A stretch of 39,298 nt of DNA from an uncultured Kiloniellales bacterium (GTDB taxonomy: Bacteria > Pseudomonadota > Alphaproteobacteria > Kiloniellales > JAKSDN01), in the NCBI GenBank assembly GCA_947259625.1, contig CAMYMY010000030.1, positions 1 to 39,298 of the forward strand. Reading direction: 5' to 3'. This document shows, piece by piece, positions 1-10,014 of the stretch. Under the pieces are notes generated by a model. It had not been told where the DNA came from. It worked only from the letters and a program-made list of their open reading frames with translations, and did not search any database. Within the stretch, counting starts at the first letter, position 1. The number at the start of each line of letters is the position of its first letter. A program made the translations under genes and the position numbers.

Positions 1-1
1 C

Positions 2-181
2 TACTGCGGCTTTTGCCAGGAAGCCTGCCCGGTGGACGCCATCGTCGAGGGGCCGAACTTCGAGTTCGCGACGGAGACCCGCGAGGAGATGTACTACAAC
101 AAGGAGAAGCTGCTCGAGAACGGGGACCGCTGGGACGTCGAGATTCAGCAGAATCTGGAACTCGACGCACCCTACCGGTGA
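2..181 (+). CDS. nuoI: NADH-quinone oxidoreductase subunit I, C-terminal fragment (5' end outside window)
   Basis: Frame 2 reads [59 protein letters not shown] then TGA at 179-181. This is the second 4Fe-4S CxxCxxCxxxCP motif plus the conserved NuoI tail, directly upstream of nuoJ. It is missing from the ORF track because no start codon lies in the window. Track ORF 13..222 is a different, implausible frame. Confidence 0.9.
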   Translation, partial: YCGFCQEACPVDAIVEGPNFEFATETREEMYYNKEKLLENGDRWDVEIQQNLELDAPYR

Positions 182-256
182 GCCCGTCGAAAGCCGCGTC
201 CGAGAAGGGAAGGGGACCGTGATGCCGTTGCGAAGCCGGGGGAAGGCAGGGCCGAT

Positions 257-865
257 ATGATATTGCTGGCGCTCGCCTTCTATCTCTTCGCCTTCGTGGC
301 CGTGGCCTCGGGCGTGATGGTCATCTCGTCGCGCAACCCGGTGCATTCCGTGCTGTTTCTTATCCTCGCCTTCTTCAATGGGGCCGGGCTCTTCGTCTTG
401 ATGGGCGCCGAGTTTCTCGCCATGATCCTGGTCTTGGTCTACGTCGGCGCGGTGGCGGTGCTGTTCCTTTTCGTGGTCATGATGCTCGACATCAACTACG
501 TCGAGATGCGCAAGGGGTTCCTGCAGTACCTGCCGGTGGGCGGGTTGATCGGCCTGATCCTGCTGGTGGAGCTGACCTTCGTCGCGGGGGCCTGGGTCGC
601 CGCGCCCGCGGCGGTGGCCAGCATTCCGATAGCGCCGCCCGAACAGGTGCACAACACCAGGGCGCTCGGCAACGTCATCTACACCGACTACATCTACCTG
701 TTCCAGGCGGCGGGCCTGGTGCTCCTGGTGGCCATGGTGGGCGCGATCGTCCTGACCCTGCGACAGCGCGAGGGGGTGCGCCGGCAGTCGATCGCCGGGC
801 AGATCGGCCGCAAGCGCGCGGACTCGATCGAACTGAAGGACGTGCCGAGGGGGAGCGGAGTCTAG
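257..865 (+). CDS. nuoJ: NADH-quinone oxidoreductase subunit J
   Basis: 202 aa polytopic membrane protein ([46 protein letters not shown]...) typical of NuoJ, in the expected position between nuoI and nuoK. Confidence 0.95.
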   Translation: MILLALAFYLFAFVAVASGVMVISSRNPVHSVLFLILAFFNGAGLFVLMGAEFLAMILVLVYVGAVAVLFLFVVMMLDINYVEMRKGFLQYLPVGGLIGLILLVELTFVAGAWVAAPAAVASIPIAPPEQVHNTRALGNVIYTDYIYLFQAAGLVLLVAMVGAIVLTLRQREGVRRQSIAGQIGRKRADSIELKDVPRGSGV

Positions 866-869
866 CGCG

Positions 870-1181
870 ATGTTCGAGATCGGTCTTGCCCATTACCTGA
901 CCGTCGCCGCGGTCCTGTTCACCCTGGGGATCTTTGGCATCTTCCTGAACCGCAGGAACGTCATCATCATCCTCATGGCGATCGAGCTCATGCTGCTCGC
1001 CGTCAACATCAACCTGGTGGCGTTCTCGACCCATCTGCAGGACCTAGTGGGACAGGTCTTCGCGATGTTCGTGCTGACCGTGGCGGCCGCGGAGGCGGCG
1101 ATCGGTCTGGCCATTCTGGTGGTCTACTTCCGGAACCGCGGGTCGATCGCGGTCGAGGACATCAACATGATGAAAGGCTGA
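870..1181 (+). CDS. nuoK: NADH-quinone oxidoreductase subunit K
   Basis: 103 aa, three TM segments, [53 protein letters not shown]... is canonical NuoK. Operon position fits. Confidence 0.95.
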   Translation: MFEIGLAHYLTVAAVLFTLGIFGIFLNRRNVIIILMAIELMLLAVNINLVAFSTHLQDLVGQVFAMFVLTVAAAEAAIGLAILVVYFRNRGSIAVEDINMMKG

Positions 1182-1189
1182 AGGGCGTC

Positions 1190-3118
1190 ATGGACGTTGC
1201 CGTTGTCTTCCTGCCGCTGATCGGTGCGATCATCGCTGGCCTGTTCGGACGCCAGATCGGCGACCGCGGCGCGCAGCTCGTGACCTGCGGTCTGCTGGGC
1301 CTGTCCGCGCTGCTCTCGCTGGTCGTGTTCCACGATGTGGTGATCGCCGGCAACGTCCACGTGACCGAGCTGTTCACCTGGATCGATTCCGGCAGTTTCG
1401 AGCTCTCCTGGGCGCTCAAGCTGGATACGCTGACCGCCGTGATGCTCTCCGTGGTGACCGTGGTCTCCTGCATGATCCATATCTACTCGATCGGCTACAT
1501 GGCGCACGACAAGTCGATCCCGCGGTTCTTCTCCTACCTCAGCCTGTTCACCTTCTTCATGCTGATGCTGGTCAGCGCCGACAACTTCCTGCAGATGTTC
1601 TTCGGCTGGGAGGGCGTCGGCCTGGTGTCCTACCTGCTGATCGGCTTCTGGTACGAGCGGCCGAGCGCCTGCGCCGCCGCGATCAAGGCCTTCCTGGTCA
1701 ACCGGGTCGGCGACATCGGCTTCGCGCTGGGCATCATGGGTGCGTTTTTTCTGTTCGGGGCGGTCGGCTTCGACCAGGCCTTCGCCGCGGTCCCCGAGTT
1801 CGCCGAGGCGCGCTTTACCTTCGTCGGCATCGAGGGGCACGCGCTCACGATCATCTGCATCCTGCTGTTCATCGGCGCCATGGGCAAGTCGGCGCAGATC
1901 GGCCTGCACACTTGGCTGCCCGATGCGATGGAAGGCCCGACACCGGTCTCGGCCCTGATCCACGCGGCGACCATGGTGACCGCCGGCGTGTTCATGGTCT
2001 GCCGCCTCTCGCCGATGTTCGAGTACGCGCCGGTCGCGTTGTCGCTCGTCACCTACGTCGGCGCGATCACCGCCATCTTCGCGGCCACCGTCGGACTGTG
2101 CCAGAACGACATCAAGCGGGTCATCGCCTACTCGACCTGCAGCCAGCTCGGCTACATGTTCTTCGCCGCCGGCGTCTCGGCCTACGGCGCGGCGATCTTC
2201 CATCTGGGCACCCACGCCTTCTTCAAGGCGCTGCTGTTCCTCGGCGCCGGGTCGGTGATTCATGCCATGTCCGACGAGCAGGACATGCGCAGGATGGGCG
2301 GCCTCTGGAAGCGCATACCCTACACCTACGGCCTGATGTGGGCCGGCAGCCTGGCGCTCGCCGGCATTCCGTTTTTCGCCGGCTACTTCTCCAAGGACCT
2401 GATCATCGAAGCGGCCCTTGGCGCGGGCAGCGACGCGGGCGTCTTCGCCTTCTGGATGGGGGTCTCGGCGGCCTTCCTGACGGCGCTCTATTCCTGGCGG
2501 CTGATCCTGATGACCTTCCACGGCAAGCCGCGCATGGAACAGTCGATATGGGACCACGTCCACGAATCGCCCAAGGTCATGATCATCCCGCTCTTCGTGC
2601 TGGCCGCGGGCGCCGTGTTCGGCGGCGCGGCGGCGCCGTTCCTGGTGGGTGACGGACGCGAGGCCTTCTGGGGCGAATCGCTGTTGGTGCTGTTCGGCAA
2701 CGATTCGATCGAGGCGGCGCACCATTTGCCGCTTTCGGTGAAGCTGTTGCCGATCGTCGTCGCGGTCCTCGGCATCGCGGTGGCCTACTGGATGTATATG
2801 GCGCAGCCCGGCCTGCCCGCGGCACTCGCCCGCACCTTCCGACCGATCTACCTGTTCCTCTTGAACAAGTGGTACTTCGACGAGCTTTACGACGCGCTGT
2901 TCGTGCGACCGGCCTTCGCCATCGGCCGCGGCCTGTGGAAGAAGGGCGACGGCGCGGTGATCGACGGCTATGGGCCGGACGGAATCGCTGCGACCACGAT
3001 CAGCCTCGCGCAGCGCATCAGCCGGCTGCAGACCGGCTACGTCTACCACTATGCCTTTGCCATGTTGGTCGGCGTGGTCGGGCTGGTCACCTGGTACATC
3101 TTGAGCCGGTTGGGGTGA
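1190..3118 (+). CDS. nuoL: NADH-quinone oxidoreductase subunit L
   Basis: 642 aa antiporter-like subunit ([30 protein letters not shown], long C-terminal lateral-helix region). Operon position fits. Confidence 0.95.
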   Translation: MDVAVVFLPLIGAIIAGLFGRQIGDRGAQLVTCGLLGLSALLSLVVFHDVVIAGNVHVTELFTWIDSGSFELSWALKLDTLTAVMLSVVTVVSCMIHIYSIGYMAHDKSIPRFFSYLSLFTFFMLMLVSADNFLQMFFGWEGVGLVSYLLIGFWYERPSACAAAIKAFLVNRVGDIGFALGIMGAFFLFGAVGFDQAFAAVPEFAEARFTFVGIEGHALTIICILLFIGAMGKSAQIGLHTWLPDAMEGPTPVSALIHAATMVTAGVFMVCRLSPMFEYAPVALSLVTYVGAITAIFAATVGLCQNDIKRVIAYSTCSQLGYMFFAAGVSAYGAAIFHLGTHAFFKALLFLGAGSVIHAMSDEQDMRRMGGLWKRIPYTYGLMWAGSLALAGIPFFAGYFSKDLIIEAALGAGSDAGVFAFWMGVSAAFLTALYSWRLILMTFHGKPRMEQSIWDHVHESPKVMIIPLFVLAAGAVFGGAAAPFLVGDGREAFWGESLLVLFGNDSIEAAHHLPLSVKLLPIVVAVLGIAVAYWMYMAQPGLPAALARTFRPIYLFLLNKWYFDELYDALFVRPAFAIGRGLWKKGDGAVIDGYGPDGIAATTISLAQRISRLQTGYVYHYAFAMLVGVVGLVTWYILSRLG

Positions 3119-3125
3119 ACGTCCG

Positions 3126-4652
3126 ATGAGCGACTGGCCTCTGCTTTCCTTGATCACGTTCCTGCCGCTCCTGGGCGCGGCGTTCATCTTCTTCATCCGG
3201 GGCGAGCAGGAAGACATCGCGCGCAACGCGCGCTCCGTCGCCCTGTGGTTCTCGCTCGGCACCTTCGTGCTTTCCCTGTGGCTTTGGTTCAGCTTCGAGC
3301 GCGGCACCGCCGCGTTCCAATGGGCCGAGGAGGTCCTCTGGATACCGGGCTTCAACATCTCCTACCGGATGGGCGTGGACGGCATCTCCATGCCCTTCGT
3401 GCTGCTGTCGACGCTGCTCACGCCGCTGTGCATCCTCGCCAGCTGGGAGGCGATCAAGGTCCGGGTCAAGGAATACATGATCGCCTTCCTGGTGCTCGAA
3501 ACCATGATGGTCGGCATGTTCTGCGCCCTCGACTTGGTCGTGTTCTACATCTTCTTCGAGGGCGTGCTGATCCCGATGTTCCTGATCATCGGCGTCTGGG
3601 GCGGCGCGCGGCGGGTCTACTCGGCCTTCAAGTTCTTCCTGTTCACGCTCGCCGGCTCGGTCCTGATGCTGCTCGCCATCCTGGCGATCTACTTCGAGAC
3701 CGGCATCACGGACATCCCGACGCTGCTCGAAACCCGGCTGCCTCCGGAAACGCAGAAATGGCTGTGGCTGGCGTTCTTCGCCTCCTTCGCGGTCAAGGTG
3801 CCGATGTGGCCGGTGCACACCTGGCTACCGGACGCCCACGTCGAGGCGCCGACCGCCGGCTCGGTGATCCTGGCCGGCGTTCTCCTGAAGATGGGCGGCT
3901 ACGGCTTTCTGCGCTTCTCGCTGCCGATGCTGCCGCTGGCCTCGGCCGACTTTGCCATCCTGATCTACGTGCTGTCGGTCGTCGCGGTGATCTACACCTC
4001 GCTGGTCGCGCTGGCCCAGGAGGACATGAAGAAGCTGATCGCCTACTCCTCGGTCGCCCACATGGGCCTCGTCACGGTCGGTATTTTCACGGTGACCCAG
4101 CAAGGTATCGAGGGCGCAATGATCCAGATGCTCTCGCACGGCGTCGTATCGGCCGCGCTGTTCCTCATCGTCGGCGTGATCTACGACCGCATGCACTCGC
4201 GGCTGATCGAACGCTACGACGGCCTGGTCGAGCGCATGCCGGCCTATGCCCTGATGTTCATGGTCTTCATGCTGGCCTCGGTCGGCCTGCCGGGGACCAG
4301 CGGCTTCGTCGGCGAGTTCCTGGTGCTGGTCGGCGCCTTCCAGGTCAACACCGCGGTGGCCGTGCTGTGCGCATCGGGCATGGTGCTGGGCGCGGCCTAT
4401 ATGCTCTATCTCTATCGCCGGGTCATCTTCGGCAAGATGACCAAGGAGGACCTGCGCACAATCCTGGACATCAGTTGGCGCGAGAAGGCGATTTTCGCTC
4501 CGCTGATCGCCGTGGTGCTGTGGATGGGAATCTATCCGATGTCCTTTATCGACGTGATGGCGGCCTCTGTCGCCAACGTGATCGACAACTATGAAGCCGC
4601 CCTGGCGGCCGCCGAGGGGCCGTCGCTGGCCGCGTTGTGGCCGGTCGAGTGA
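3126..4652 (+). CDS. nuoM: NADH-quinone oxidoreductase subunit M
   Basis: 508 aa antiporter-like subunit ([40 protein letters not shown]). Operon position fits. Confidence 0.95.
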   Translation: MSDWPLLSLITFLPLLGAAFIFFIRGEQEDIARNARSVALWFSLGTFVLSLWLWFSFERGTAAFQWAEEVLWIPGFNISYRMGVDGISMPFVLLSTLLTPLCILASWEAIKVRVKEYMIAFLVLETMMVGMFCALDLVVFYIFFEGVLIPMFLIIGVWGGARRVYSAFKFFLFTLAGSVLMLLAILAIYFETGITDIPTLLETRLPPETQKWLWLAFFASFAVKVPMWPVHTWLPDAHVEAPTAGSVILAGVLLKMGGYGFLRFSLPMLPLASADFAILIYVLSVVAVIYTSLVALAQEDMKKLIAYSSVAHMGLVTVGIFTVTQQGIEGAMIQMLSHGVVSAALFLIVGVIYDRMHSRLIERYDGLVERMPAYALMFMVFMLASVGLPGTSGFVGEFLVLVGAFQVNTAVAVLCASGMVLGAAYMLYLYRRVIFGKMTKEDLRTILDISWREKAIFAPLIAVVLWMGIYPMSFIDVMAASVANVIDNYEAALAAAEGPSLAALWPVE

Positions 4653-4654
4653 GG

Positions 4655-6121
4655 ATGGAGCCGCCGATGATCTCGCTTGACCTTACGTCCGCCCTGCCGG
4701 AGGTCTTCCTCGCCTGCGCCGCGATGGTGCTGCTCATGCTGGGGGTGTTTCGCCGCGCGGGGTCGACACGGCTGGTGCTGGTGCTGACCGTAGTCGTCCT
4801 GGCGGTCGCCCTCCTGCTGATCGTCTTCTCGCCGGACGACCGGGCCCTGGCCTTCAACGGCCTTTTCGTGACGGACAATTTCACGGCTTACATGAAAGTG
4901 CTGGTGCTGCTCGGCGCGGCGCTCACGATCGGCATGTCGCTCGGCTATATCGAGCGCGAGCAGATGGATCGCTTCGAGTTTCCTGTGCTCATGCTATTTG
5001 CCACGCTCGGCATGCTGGCCATGGTTTCGGCGAACGACCTGATTTCACTCTATCTCGGTCTCGAGCTCCAAAGCCTCTCGCTCTACGTCATCACCGCGTT
5101 CCGCCGGGATTCCGTGCGGTCCAGCGAGGCGGGCCTGAAATACTTCGTCCTGGGGGCCCTGTCTTCGGGGATGCTGCTCTACGGCAGTTCGATGGTCTAC
5201 GGATTTGCCGGCAGCACCAATTTCGAGGCCCTGGCCGAGGTTCTGGCGGCCGATCTGGCGTTCGGCCGGGCGCCGTCGCTCGGCCTGATCGTCGGGTTGG
5301 TCTTTCTGCTGGCCGGCCTTGCCTTCAAGGTTTCGGCCGTGCCGTTCCATATGTGGACCCCGGACGTCTACGAGGGCGCGCCCACGCCGGTCACGGCGTT
5401 TCTCGCCAGCGCCCCCAAGGTGGCGGCCATGGCGCTCATCGTCCGGGTCATGGTGGGGCCCTTCGGCGACCTCTTCGAGCAGTGGCAGCAGATCGTCGTC
5501 GTGATCTCGGTCGGCTCGATGGTGCTGGGCGCCTTCGCGGCGATCAATCAGACGAATATCAAGCGGCTCATGGCCTACAGCTCGATCGGCCACATGGGCT
5601 ACGTATTGGTCGGACTCGCCGCCGGGACCGAGGCGGGCGTTCTCGGAATCGTGGTCTATCTGGCGATCTATCTGATCATGAACATCGGCACCTTCGCGTG
5701 CATCCTGTGCATGAGCCAGGAAGGACGGATGGTCGAACGGATCGAGGACCTGAAAGGCCTCGGGAAGTCCAACCCGCTGATGGCCCTGGCGATGACCATT
5801 CTAATGTTCTCGATGGCGGGCATCCCGCCGCTCGCCGGCTTCTTCGGCAAGTACTTCGTGTTCCTCGCGGCGATCAAGGCCGGGCTCTACGCCCTGGCGG
5901 TGATCGGCGTGCTGGCTTCGGTCGTGGGCGCCTTCTATTACGTGCGCATCGTCAAGCTGATGTATTTCGAGGAGCCGGCCGAGGTGCTGGACCGTCCGAT
6001 CGGCGCCGTGTTGCGATTGATGATCACCGGGACCAGCTTGGCCATGGTCCTGTTTCTCTTGGTCGCCGGACCGGTGGTCGGCGGCGCCGGGGCCGCGGCC
6101 GCGGCGCTTTTCGCGGGATGA
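4655..6121 (+). CDS. nuoN: NADH-quinone oxidoreductase subunit N
   Basis: Antiporter-like subunit ([37 protein letters not shown]). The start is uncertain: GTG 4637, ATG 4655 and ATG 4667 are all in frame, and 4667 has the best-spaced GGAG. The stop TGA at 6119-6121 overlaps the birA ATG. Confidence 0.9.
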   Translation: MEPPMISLDLTSALPEVFLACAAMVLLMLGVFRRAGSTRLVLVLTVVVLAVALLLIVFSPDDRALAFNGLFVTDNFTAYMKVLVLLGAALTIGMSLGYIEREQMDRFEFPVLMLFATLGMLAMVSANDLISLYLGLELQSLSLYVITAFRRDSVRSSEAGLKYFVLGALSSGMLLYGSSMVYGFAGSTNFEALAEVLAADLAFGRAPSLGLIVGLVFLLAGLAFKVSAVPFHMWTPDVYEGAPTPVTAFLASAPKVAAMALIVRVMVGPFGDLFEQWQQIVVVISVGSMVLGAFAAINQTNIKRLMAYSSIGHMGYVLVGLAAGTEAGVLGIVVYLAIYLIMNIGTFACILCMSQEGRMVERIEDLKGLGKSNPLMALAMTILMFSMAGIPPLAGFFGKYFVFLAAIKAGLYALAVIGVLASVVGAFYYVRIVKLMYFEEPAEVLDRPIGAVLRLMITGTSLAMVLFLLVAGPVVGGAGAAAAALFAG

Positions 6122-6894
6122 CGACCGGGGCGGTGGTGGATCGGCCGCACCTGCCGCCCGCCTATCGCCTGGTGGCGCTCGACCGGGTCGACAGCAGCAA
6201 CGACCAGGCCAAGCGCCTTGCCGAGGCGGGCGCCGAGGACGGCACCCTTGTCTGGGTCCGCGAGCAGCTCAAGGGTCGGGGCCGCCGCGGTCGGAGCTGG
6301 GCGAGCCCGCCCGGAAACCTCTATCTCTCGCTCGTGCTGCGTCCCGAGTGTACGGCGGCCGAGGCGGCGCAGCTCGGTTTCGTCGCGGCGCTCGGTATCG
6401 GCGATGGGGTCGGCAGCGTGGCGCCGCCCCTGGTCGAGGTCCGGTACAAGTGGCCGAACGACGTGCTGTTCAACGGGCGCAAGGGCGCCGGCATCCTGCT
6501 CGAATCCCGCATGTCCCCGGCGGGCGGTCTCGAGTGGCTGGTGCTCGGGCTTGGGGTCAACGTGGCCAGCTTTCCCGAGGATGCGGATCTTGCGGCGACC
6601 AGCCTGCGCTTCGAGGGCGCCCCACAGGACGTCGACGAGGTCGACCTCCTGGAGTCCTTCGCCCGGCATTTCCTGACCTGGGTGAATCGATGGCGTGAAG
6701 ATGGCTTTGAGCCGATTCGCGAGACTTGGCTCCACCACGCACAGGGGCTCGGCGAGCCGATCGAGGTCCACCTGCCGGGCGAAACCCTGAGCGGCAGGTT
6801 CCGCGACCTGGACGAAAGCGGCGTACTGCTCCTCGAACAGGCGGACGGGCAGGTCCGCTCGATCGCCGCCGGCGACGTCTACTTCGGTGCATGA
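6118..6894 (+). CDS. birA: Biotin--[acetyl-CoA-carboxylase] ligase, class I without an N-terminal HTH
   Basis: [34 protein letters not shown]...[27 protein letters not shown] contains the GRGRxGRxW biotin-ligase motif. The ATGA overlap with the nuoN stop suggests coupling. The track shows it only as the tail of a 513-aa fused frame. Confidence 0.9.
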   Translation: MTTGAVVDRPHLPPAYRLVALDRVDSSNDQAKRLAEAGAEDGTLVWVREQLKGRGRRGRSWASPPGNLYLSLVLRPECTAAEAAQLGFVAALGIGDGVGSVAPPLVEVRYKWPNDVLFNGRKGAGILLESRMSPAGGLEWLVLGLGVNVASFPEDADLAATSLRFEGAPQDVDEVDLLESFARHFLTWVNRWREDGFEPIRETWLHHAQGLGEPIEVHLPGETLSGRFRDLDESGVLLLEQADGQVRSIAAGDVYFGA

Positions 6895-6901
6895 GGCCGC
6901 C

Positions 6902-7663
6902 ATGCTGCTCGCGATCGATTCCGGCAACACCAACGTGGTCTTCGCAGTCTACGATGGCGAAGAGATGCGCGGACGCTGGCGCGCGTCCAGCGACGCCAGG
7001 CGGACCGCCGACGAGTACGCGGTCTGGCTGACCCAGCTGATGGCGCTCGATGGCCTGGAGGCGAGCGACATCGACGGCGCGATCATCGCCTCCGTGGTGC
7101 CGCCCTCGGTCTACGGCCTGAAGACCTTGTGCAGCCAGTATTTCGGCGTCAGACCCTTGATGATCGGCGATCCGGATGTCGATCTCGGGATCGAGGTGCG
7201 GGCGAAGCAAGTCGGCGCCGACCGCCTGGTCAACGCGGTCGCCGGGCATGCGACTTACGACGGTCCTTTGATCATCATCGACTTCGGCACGGCGACCAGC
7301 TTCGACGTGATCGGGCCCGACGGCGGGTACGAGGGCGGCGTCATCGCACCGGGCGTCAACCTGTCGGTCGAGGCGCTCTACCAGGCCTCGGCACAGCTGC
7401 CGCGCATCGGCGTGGTGCGGCCGAAGAAGGTCATCGGCAAGGCCACGGTGCCGGCCATGCAATCCGGTCTCTATTGGGGCTACGTCGCCATGATCGACGG
7501 CGTCGTCGCGCGCATCGAGGCAGAGACGGGGCATCCCATGACCGTCATCGCGACCGGCGGCCTGGCGCCGTTGTTCGCCAAGGCCTGCGAGAGCATCGAC
7601 CACAGCGATCCGGACCTGACGGCGCGCGGCTTGGCGCTCATATACCGGGCCAACCAGGCGTGA
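6902..7663 (+). CDS. coaX: Type III pantothenate kinase
   Basis: MLLAIDSGNTNVVFAVYDG...IIIDFGTATSFDVI...PGVNLSVEAL...ATGGLA are hallmark CoaX motifs. ATG 6902 is preferred over the in-frame GTG 6887 because family proteins begin MLLxIDxGNT. Confidence 0.92.
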   Translation: MLLAIDSGNTNVVFAVYDGEEMRGRWRASSDARRTADEYAVWLTQLMALDGLEASDIDGAIIASVVPPSVYGLKTLCSQYFGVRPLMIGDPDVDLGIEVRAKQVGADRLVNAVAGHATYDGPLIIIDFGTATSFDVIGPDGGYEGGVIAPGVNLSVEALYQASAQLPRIGVVRPKKVIGKATVPAMQSGLYWGYVAMIDGVVARIEAETGHPMTVIATGGLAPLFAKACESIDHSDPDLTARGLALIYRANQA

Positions 7664-9336
7664 GCCGGGCGAACCGGCTGGCGGGGCCCGGCGACCTCTG
7701 GTTCCTGCCGCTCGGCGGGACCGGCGACGGCGAGATCGGCATGAACCTGAACCTCTATGGCCACGACGGCGCCTGGCTGATGATCGACCTAGGCATCACC
7801 TTCGCCGACGAGCGCCTGCCGGGCGTCGATATCGTCATGCCCGACCCCGGCTTCATTGAAGCGCAGAAGGACAAGCTGGCCGGCCTGGTCCTCACCCACG
7901 CGCACGAGGACCACATCGGCGCCGTGCCCTACCTCTGGCCGCGCCTGCAATGTCCGATCTACGCCACGCCGTTCACCGCGGGCGTGCTGCGCCGCAAGCT
8001 GCGGGAAAACGGCTTTGCCGAGGACGCGGAAATCACCGAGGTGCCGATGTCGGGGCGCTTTACGGTCGGCCCCTTCGAGCTCGAGCTGATCACGCTGACG
8101 CACTCGATTCCCGAGCCCAATGCCGTGGCGATCCGAACCGCGGCGGGAACCGTGCTCCATACCGGCGATTGGAAGCTGGATCCCGAACCCCTGGTCGGCG
8201 ACGACTTCGACGAGGCCGCTCTGCGGCGGCTCGCCGAGGAAGGCGTGCTCGCCATGGTTTGCGATTCGACCAACGCGCTGGTCGAGGGGGAGTCGGGGTC
8301 CGAGGGCGAGGTCCGCGACAGCCTGACCGAACTCGTCGGCGGCTTCGAGGGGCGCGTGGTCATCGCCTGTTTCGCGACCAACGTGGCGCGGCTGGAGACC
8401 GCGATGCGCGTCGGCGAGGCGCACGGCCGGCGCGTCGCGCTGGTCGGCCGCTCCATGCACCGGATCTATCAGGCGGCGCAGGAATGCGGCTACCTCGCCG
8501 ACCTGCCGCCCCTGGTGTCCGACCGGGACGTCGGATTTCTGCCGCGTGACGAGGTGCTGCTGCTCTGCACCGGCAGCCAGGGCGAACCGCGCTCGGCGCT
8601 GTCGCGCATCGTTCGCGACGATCACCCGGAGGTGAGCCTCGAGCCGGGCGACGCCGTGATATTTTCCTCGCGCGTCATACCGGGCAACGAAAAGGCGATC
8701 AGCGCCCTTCAGAACGAACTGGTGCGCCAGGGTATCAAGGTGGTCACCGACCGGGATCACTTCACCCACGTCTCGGGCCATCCGGCGCGCGACGAGCTGG
8801 CGCAGATGTATCAGTGGGTCCGCCCGCAGGTCGCGATCCCGGTGCACGGCGAGGCGCGCCACTTGGCCGAACATGCCGAGCTGGCGCGGGCGTGCCAGGT
8901 GCCGCAGGCGATCGTGGCCGAGAACGGGACCCTGATCAACCTCGCACCCGGAGCCGTGGAGATCTTCGATCACGTGCCGACCGGGCGGCTGATCCTCGAC
9001 GGGACACGGTTGATATCAGACCGGAGCCCGGTGTTGCGCGAACGCCAGCGCCTGCTCTACAACGGCGTCGCCCTGGTCACCCTTGTGGTGGACGCCGAGG
9101 GCGCGCTCCAGGCCGAGCCGCGCTTGGCGCTGCAGGGAGTGCTCGACCCCGAGACCGAGGTCGAGGTCGTCCTCGAGGCGCTCGACGCGCTCAAGGACGA
9201 TATGAGCAAGCTGCCGCCCGGCGCCCGGACCAGCGACGAACGGGTGAGCGAGACCGCCCGGTTGGCGGTGCGTCGCGCCTTGTTTCGCGCGGTCGGCAAG
9301 AAACCGGTCACCCGGGTGCACCTGATCCGCTTGTGA
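7660..9336 (+). CDS. rnj: Ribonuclease J (metallo-beta-lactamase / beta-CASP family)
   Basis: A GTG start overlaps the coaX stop (GTGA). The sequence LWFLPLGGTGDGEIGMNLNLYG...LVLTHAHEDHIGAVPYL...HVSGHPARDEL carries the HxHxDH and beta-CASP motifs. The upstream 177 codons of track ORF 7129..9336 are out-of-frame coaX sequence. Confidence 0.9.
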   Translation: MSRANRLAGPGDLWFLPLGGTGDGEIGMNLNLYGHDGAWLMIDLGITFADERLPGVDIVMPDPGFIEAQKDKLAGLVLTHAHEDHIGAVPYLWPRLQCPIYATPFTAGVLRRKLRENGFAEDAEITEVPMSGRFTVGPFELELITLTHSIPEPNAVAIRTAAGTVLHTGDWKLDPEPLVGDDFDEAALRRLAEEGVLAMVCDSTNALVEGESGSEGEVRDSLTELVGGFEGRVVIACFATNVARLETAMRVGEAHGRRVALVGRSMHRIYQAAQECGYLADLPPLVSDRDVGFLPRDEVLLLCTGSQGEPRSALSRIVRDDHPEVSLEPGDAVIFSSRVIPGNEKAISALQNELVRQGIKVVTDRDHFTHVSGHPARDELAQMYQWVRPQVAIPVHGEARHLAEHAELARACQVPQAIVAENGTLINLAPGAVEIFDHVPTGRLILDGTRLISDRSPVLRERQRLLYNGVALVTLVVDAEGALQAEPRLALQGVLDPETEVEVVLEALDALKDDMSKLPPGARTSDERVSETARLAVRRALFRAVGKKPVTRVHLIRL

Positions 9337-9388
9337 TGGAATCGCCGGGTACTATCTGCTAATCCGGCCTCGGAAGGGAGCGCGCGAC

Positions 9389-9985
9389 ATGATCGGACGG
9401 CTGAACCACGTGGCGGTCGCGGTACCGGACCTGGCAGCGGCGGCCGCCCAGTACCGGGACGTTTTGGGGGCCCGGGTTTCCGAGCCTCTGGACCAGCCGG
9501 ATCACGGCGTCACGGTGATCTTCGTCGAGCTGCCCAATACCAAGATCGAGCTACTTTCTCCCTTGGGTGCGGAGTCGCCGATCCTCGGATTCCTGGCGCG
9601 CAATCCCTCCGGCGGCATGCACCACCTCTGCTACGAGGTCGATGACATCCTGGCCGCGCGCGACCGGCTGGTCGCCGGCGGGGCGCGGGTTCTGGGCGAC
9701 GGCGAGCCCAAGATCGGCGCGCACGACAAGCCGGTCCTGTTCCTGCATCCGAAGGATTTCACCGGTGTGCTGGTCTACGTGATGATCTGGTGGGTGGTGC
9801 TGTTCACGGTGCTTCCCTGGGGCGTCCGGGTGCCCGACGAGCACGCGCCCGGCCACGCGACCAGCGCGCCGGCCAAGCCCATGATGCTCCGCAAGGCCTT
9901 CATTACCACCGTGATCGCCGCGGTTCTCTGGGGCATCGCCTATGTGCTGATCGAGAGCGAGTTCATCACGTTTCGCGTCCGCTAA
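9389..9985 (+). CDS. mce: Methylmalonyl-CoA epimerase (VOC fold) continuing in frame, without a stop, into a DUF1467-type small membrane protein
   Basis: aa 1-129 (MIGRLNHVAVAVPDL...GGMHHLCYEVDDI...PVLFLHPKDFTGVLV) look like a near-complete Mce. From codon 130 (9776) the sequence is YVMIWWVVLFTVLPWGVRVPDEHAPG...LWGIAYVLIESEFITFRVR, typical of DUF1467. No stop or start signal lies between the two parts. See findings. Confidence 0.8.
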   Translation: MIGRLNHVAVAVPDLAAAAAQYRDVLGARVSEPLDQPDHGVTVIFVELPNTKIELLSPLGAESPILGFLARNPSGGMHHLCYEVDDILAARDRLVAGGARVLGDGEPKIGAHDKPVLFLHPKDFTGVLVYVMIWWVVLFTVLPWGVRVPDEHAPGHATSAPAKPMMLRKAFITTVIAAVLWGIAYVLIESEFITFRVR

Positions 9986-10014
9986 CCTGGCCCGTCCCGG
10001 GGGTTACGATGCCA

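Noticed and set aside
13-222. 69-aa track ORF at the left edge.
   Set aside because: The adjacent frame encodes a perfect NuoI C-terminus with its 4Fe-4S motif, and this ORF is its out-of-frame shadow.
1124-3358. Very long antisense or alternate-frame ORFs in the track. Examples are 744 aa opposite nuoL, 711 aa at 18624-20759 opposite dnaE, 507 aa at 11443-12966 opposite the permease, 394 aa at 7789-8973 opposite rnj, 449 aa at 3245-4594 in another nuoM frame, 390 aa at 26187-27359, and 348 aa at 6557-7603 and at 23901-24947.
   Set aside because: They overlap genes with unmistakable family signatures. Their translations are Arg/Gly/Asp/His/Pro-rich low-complexity strings with no recognisable motifs. 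Long stop-free shadow frames are expected in DNA with high GC at third codon positions.
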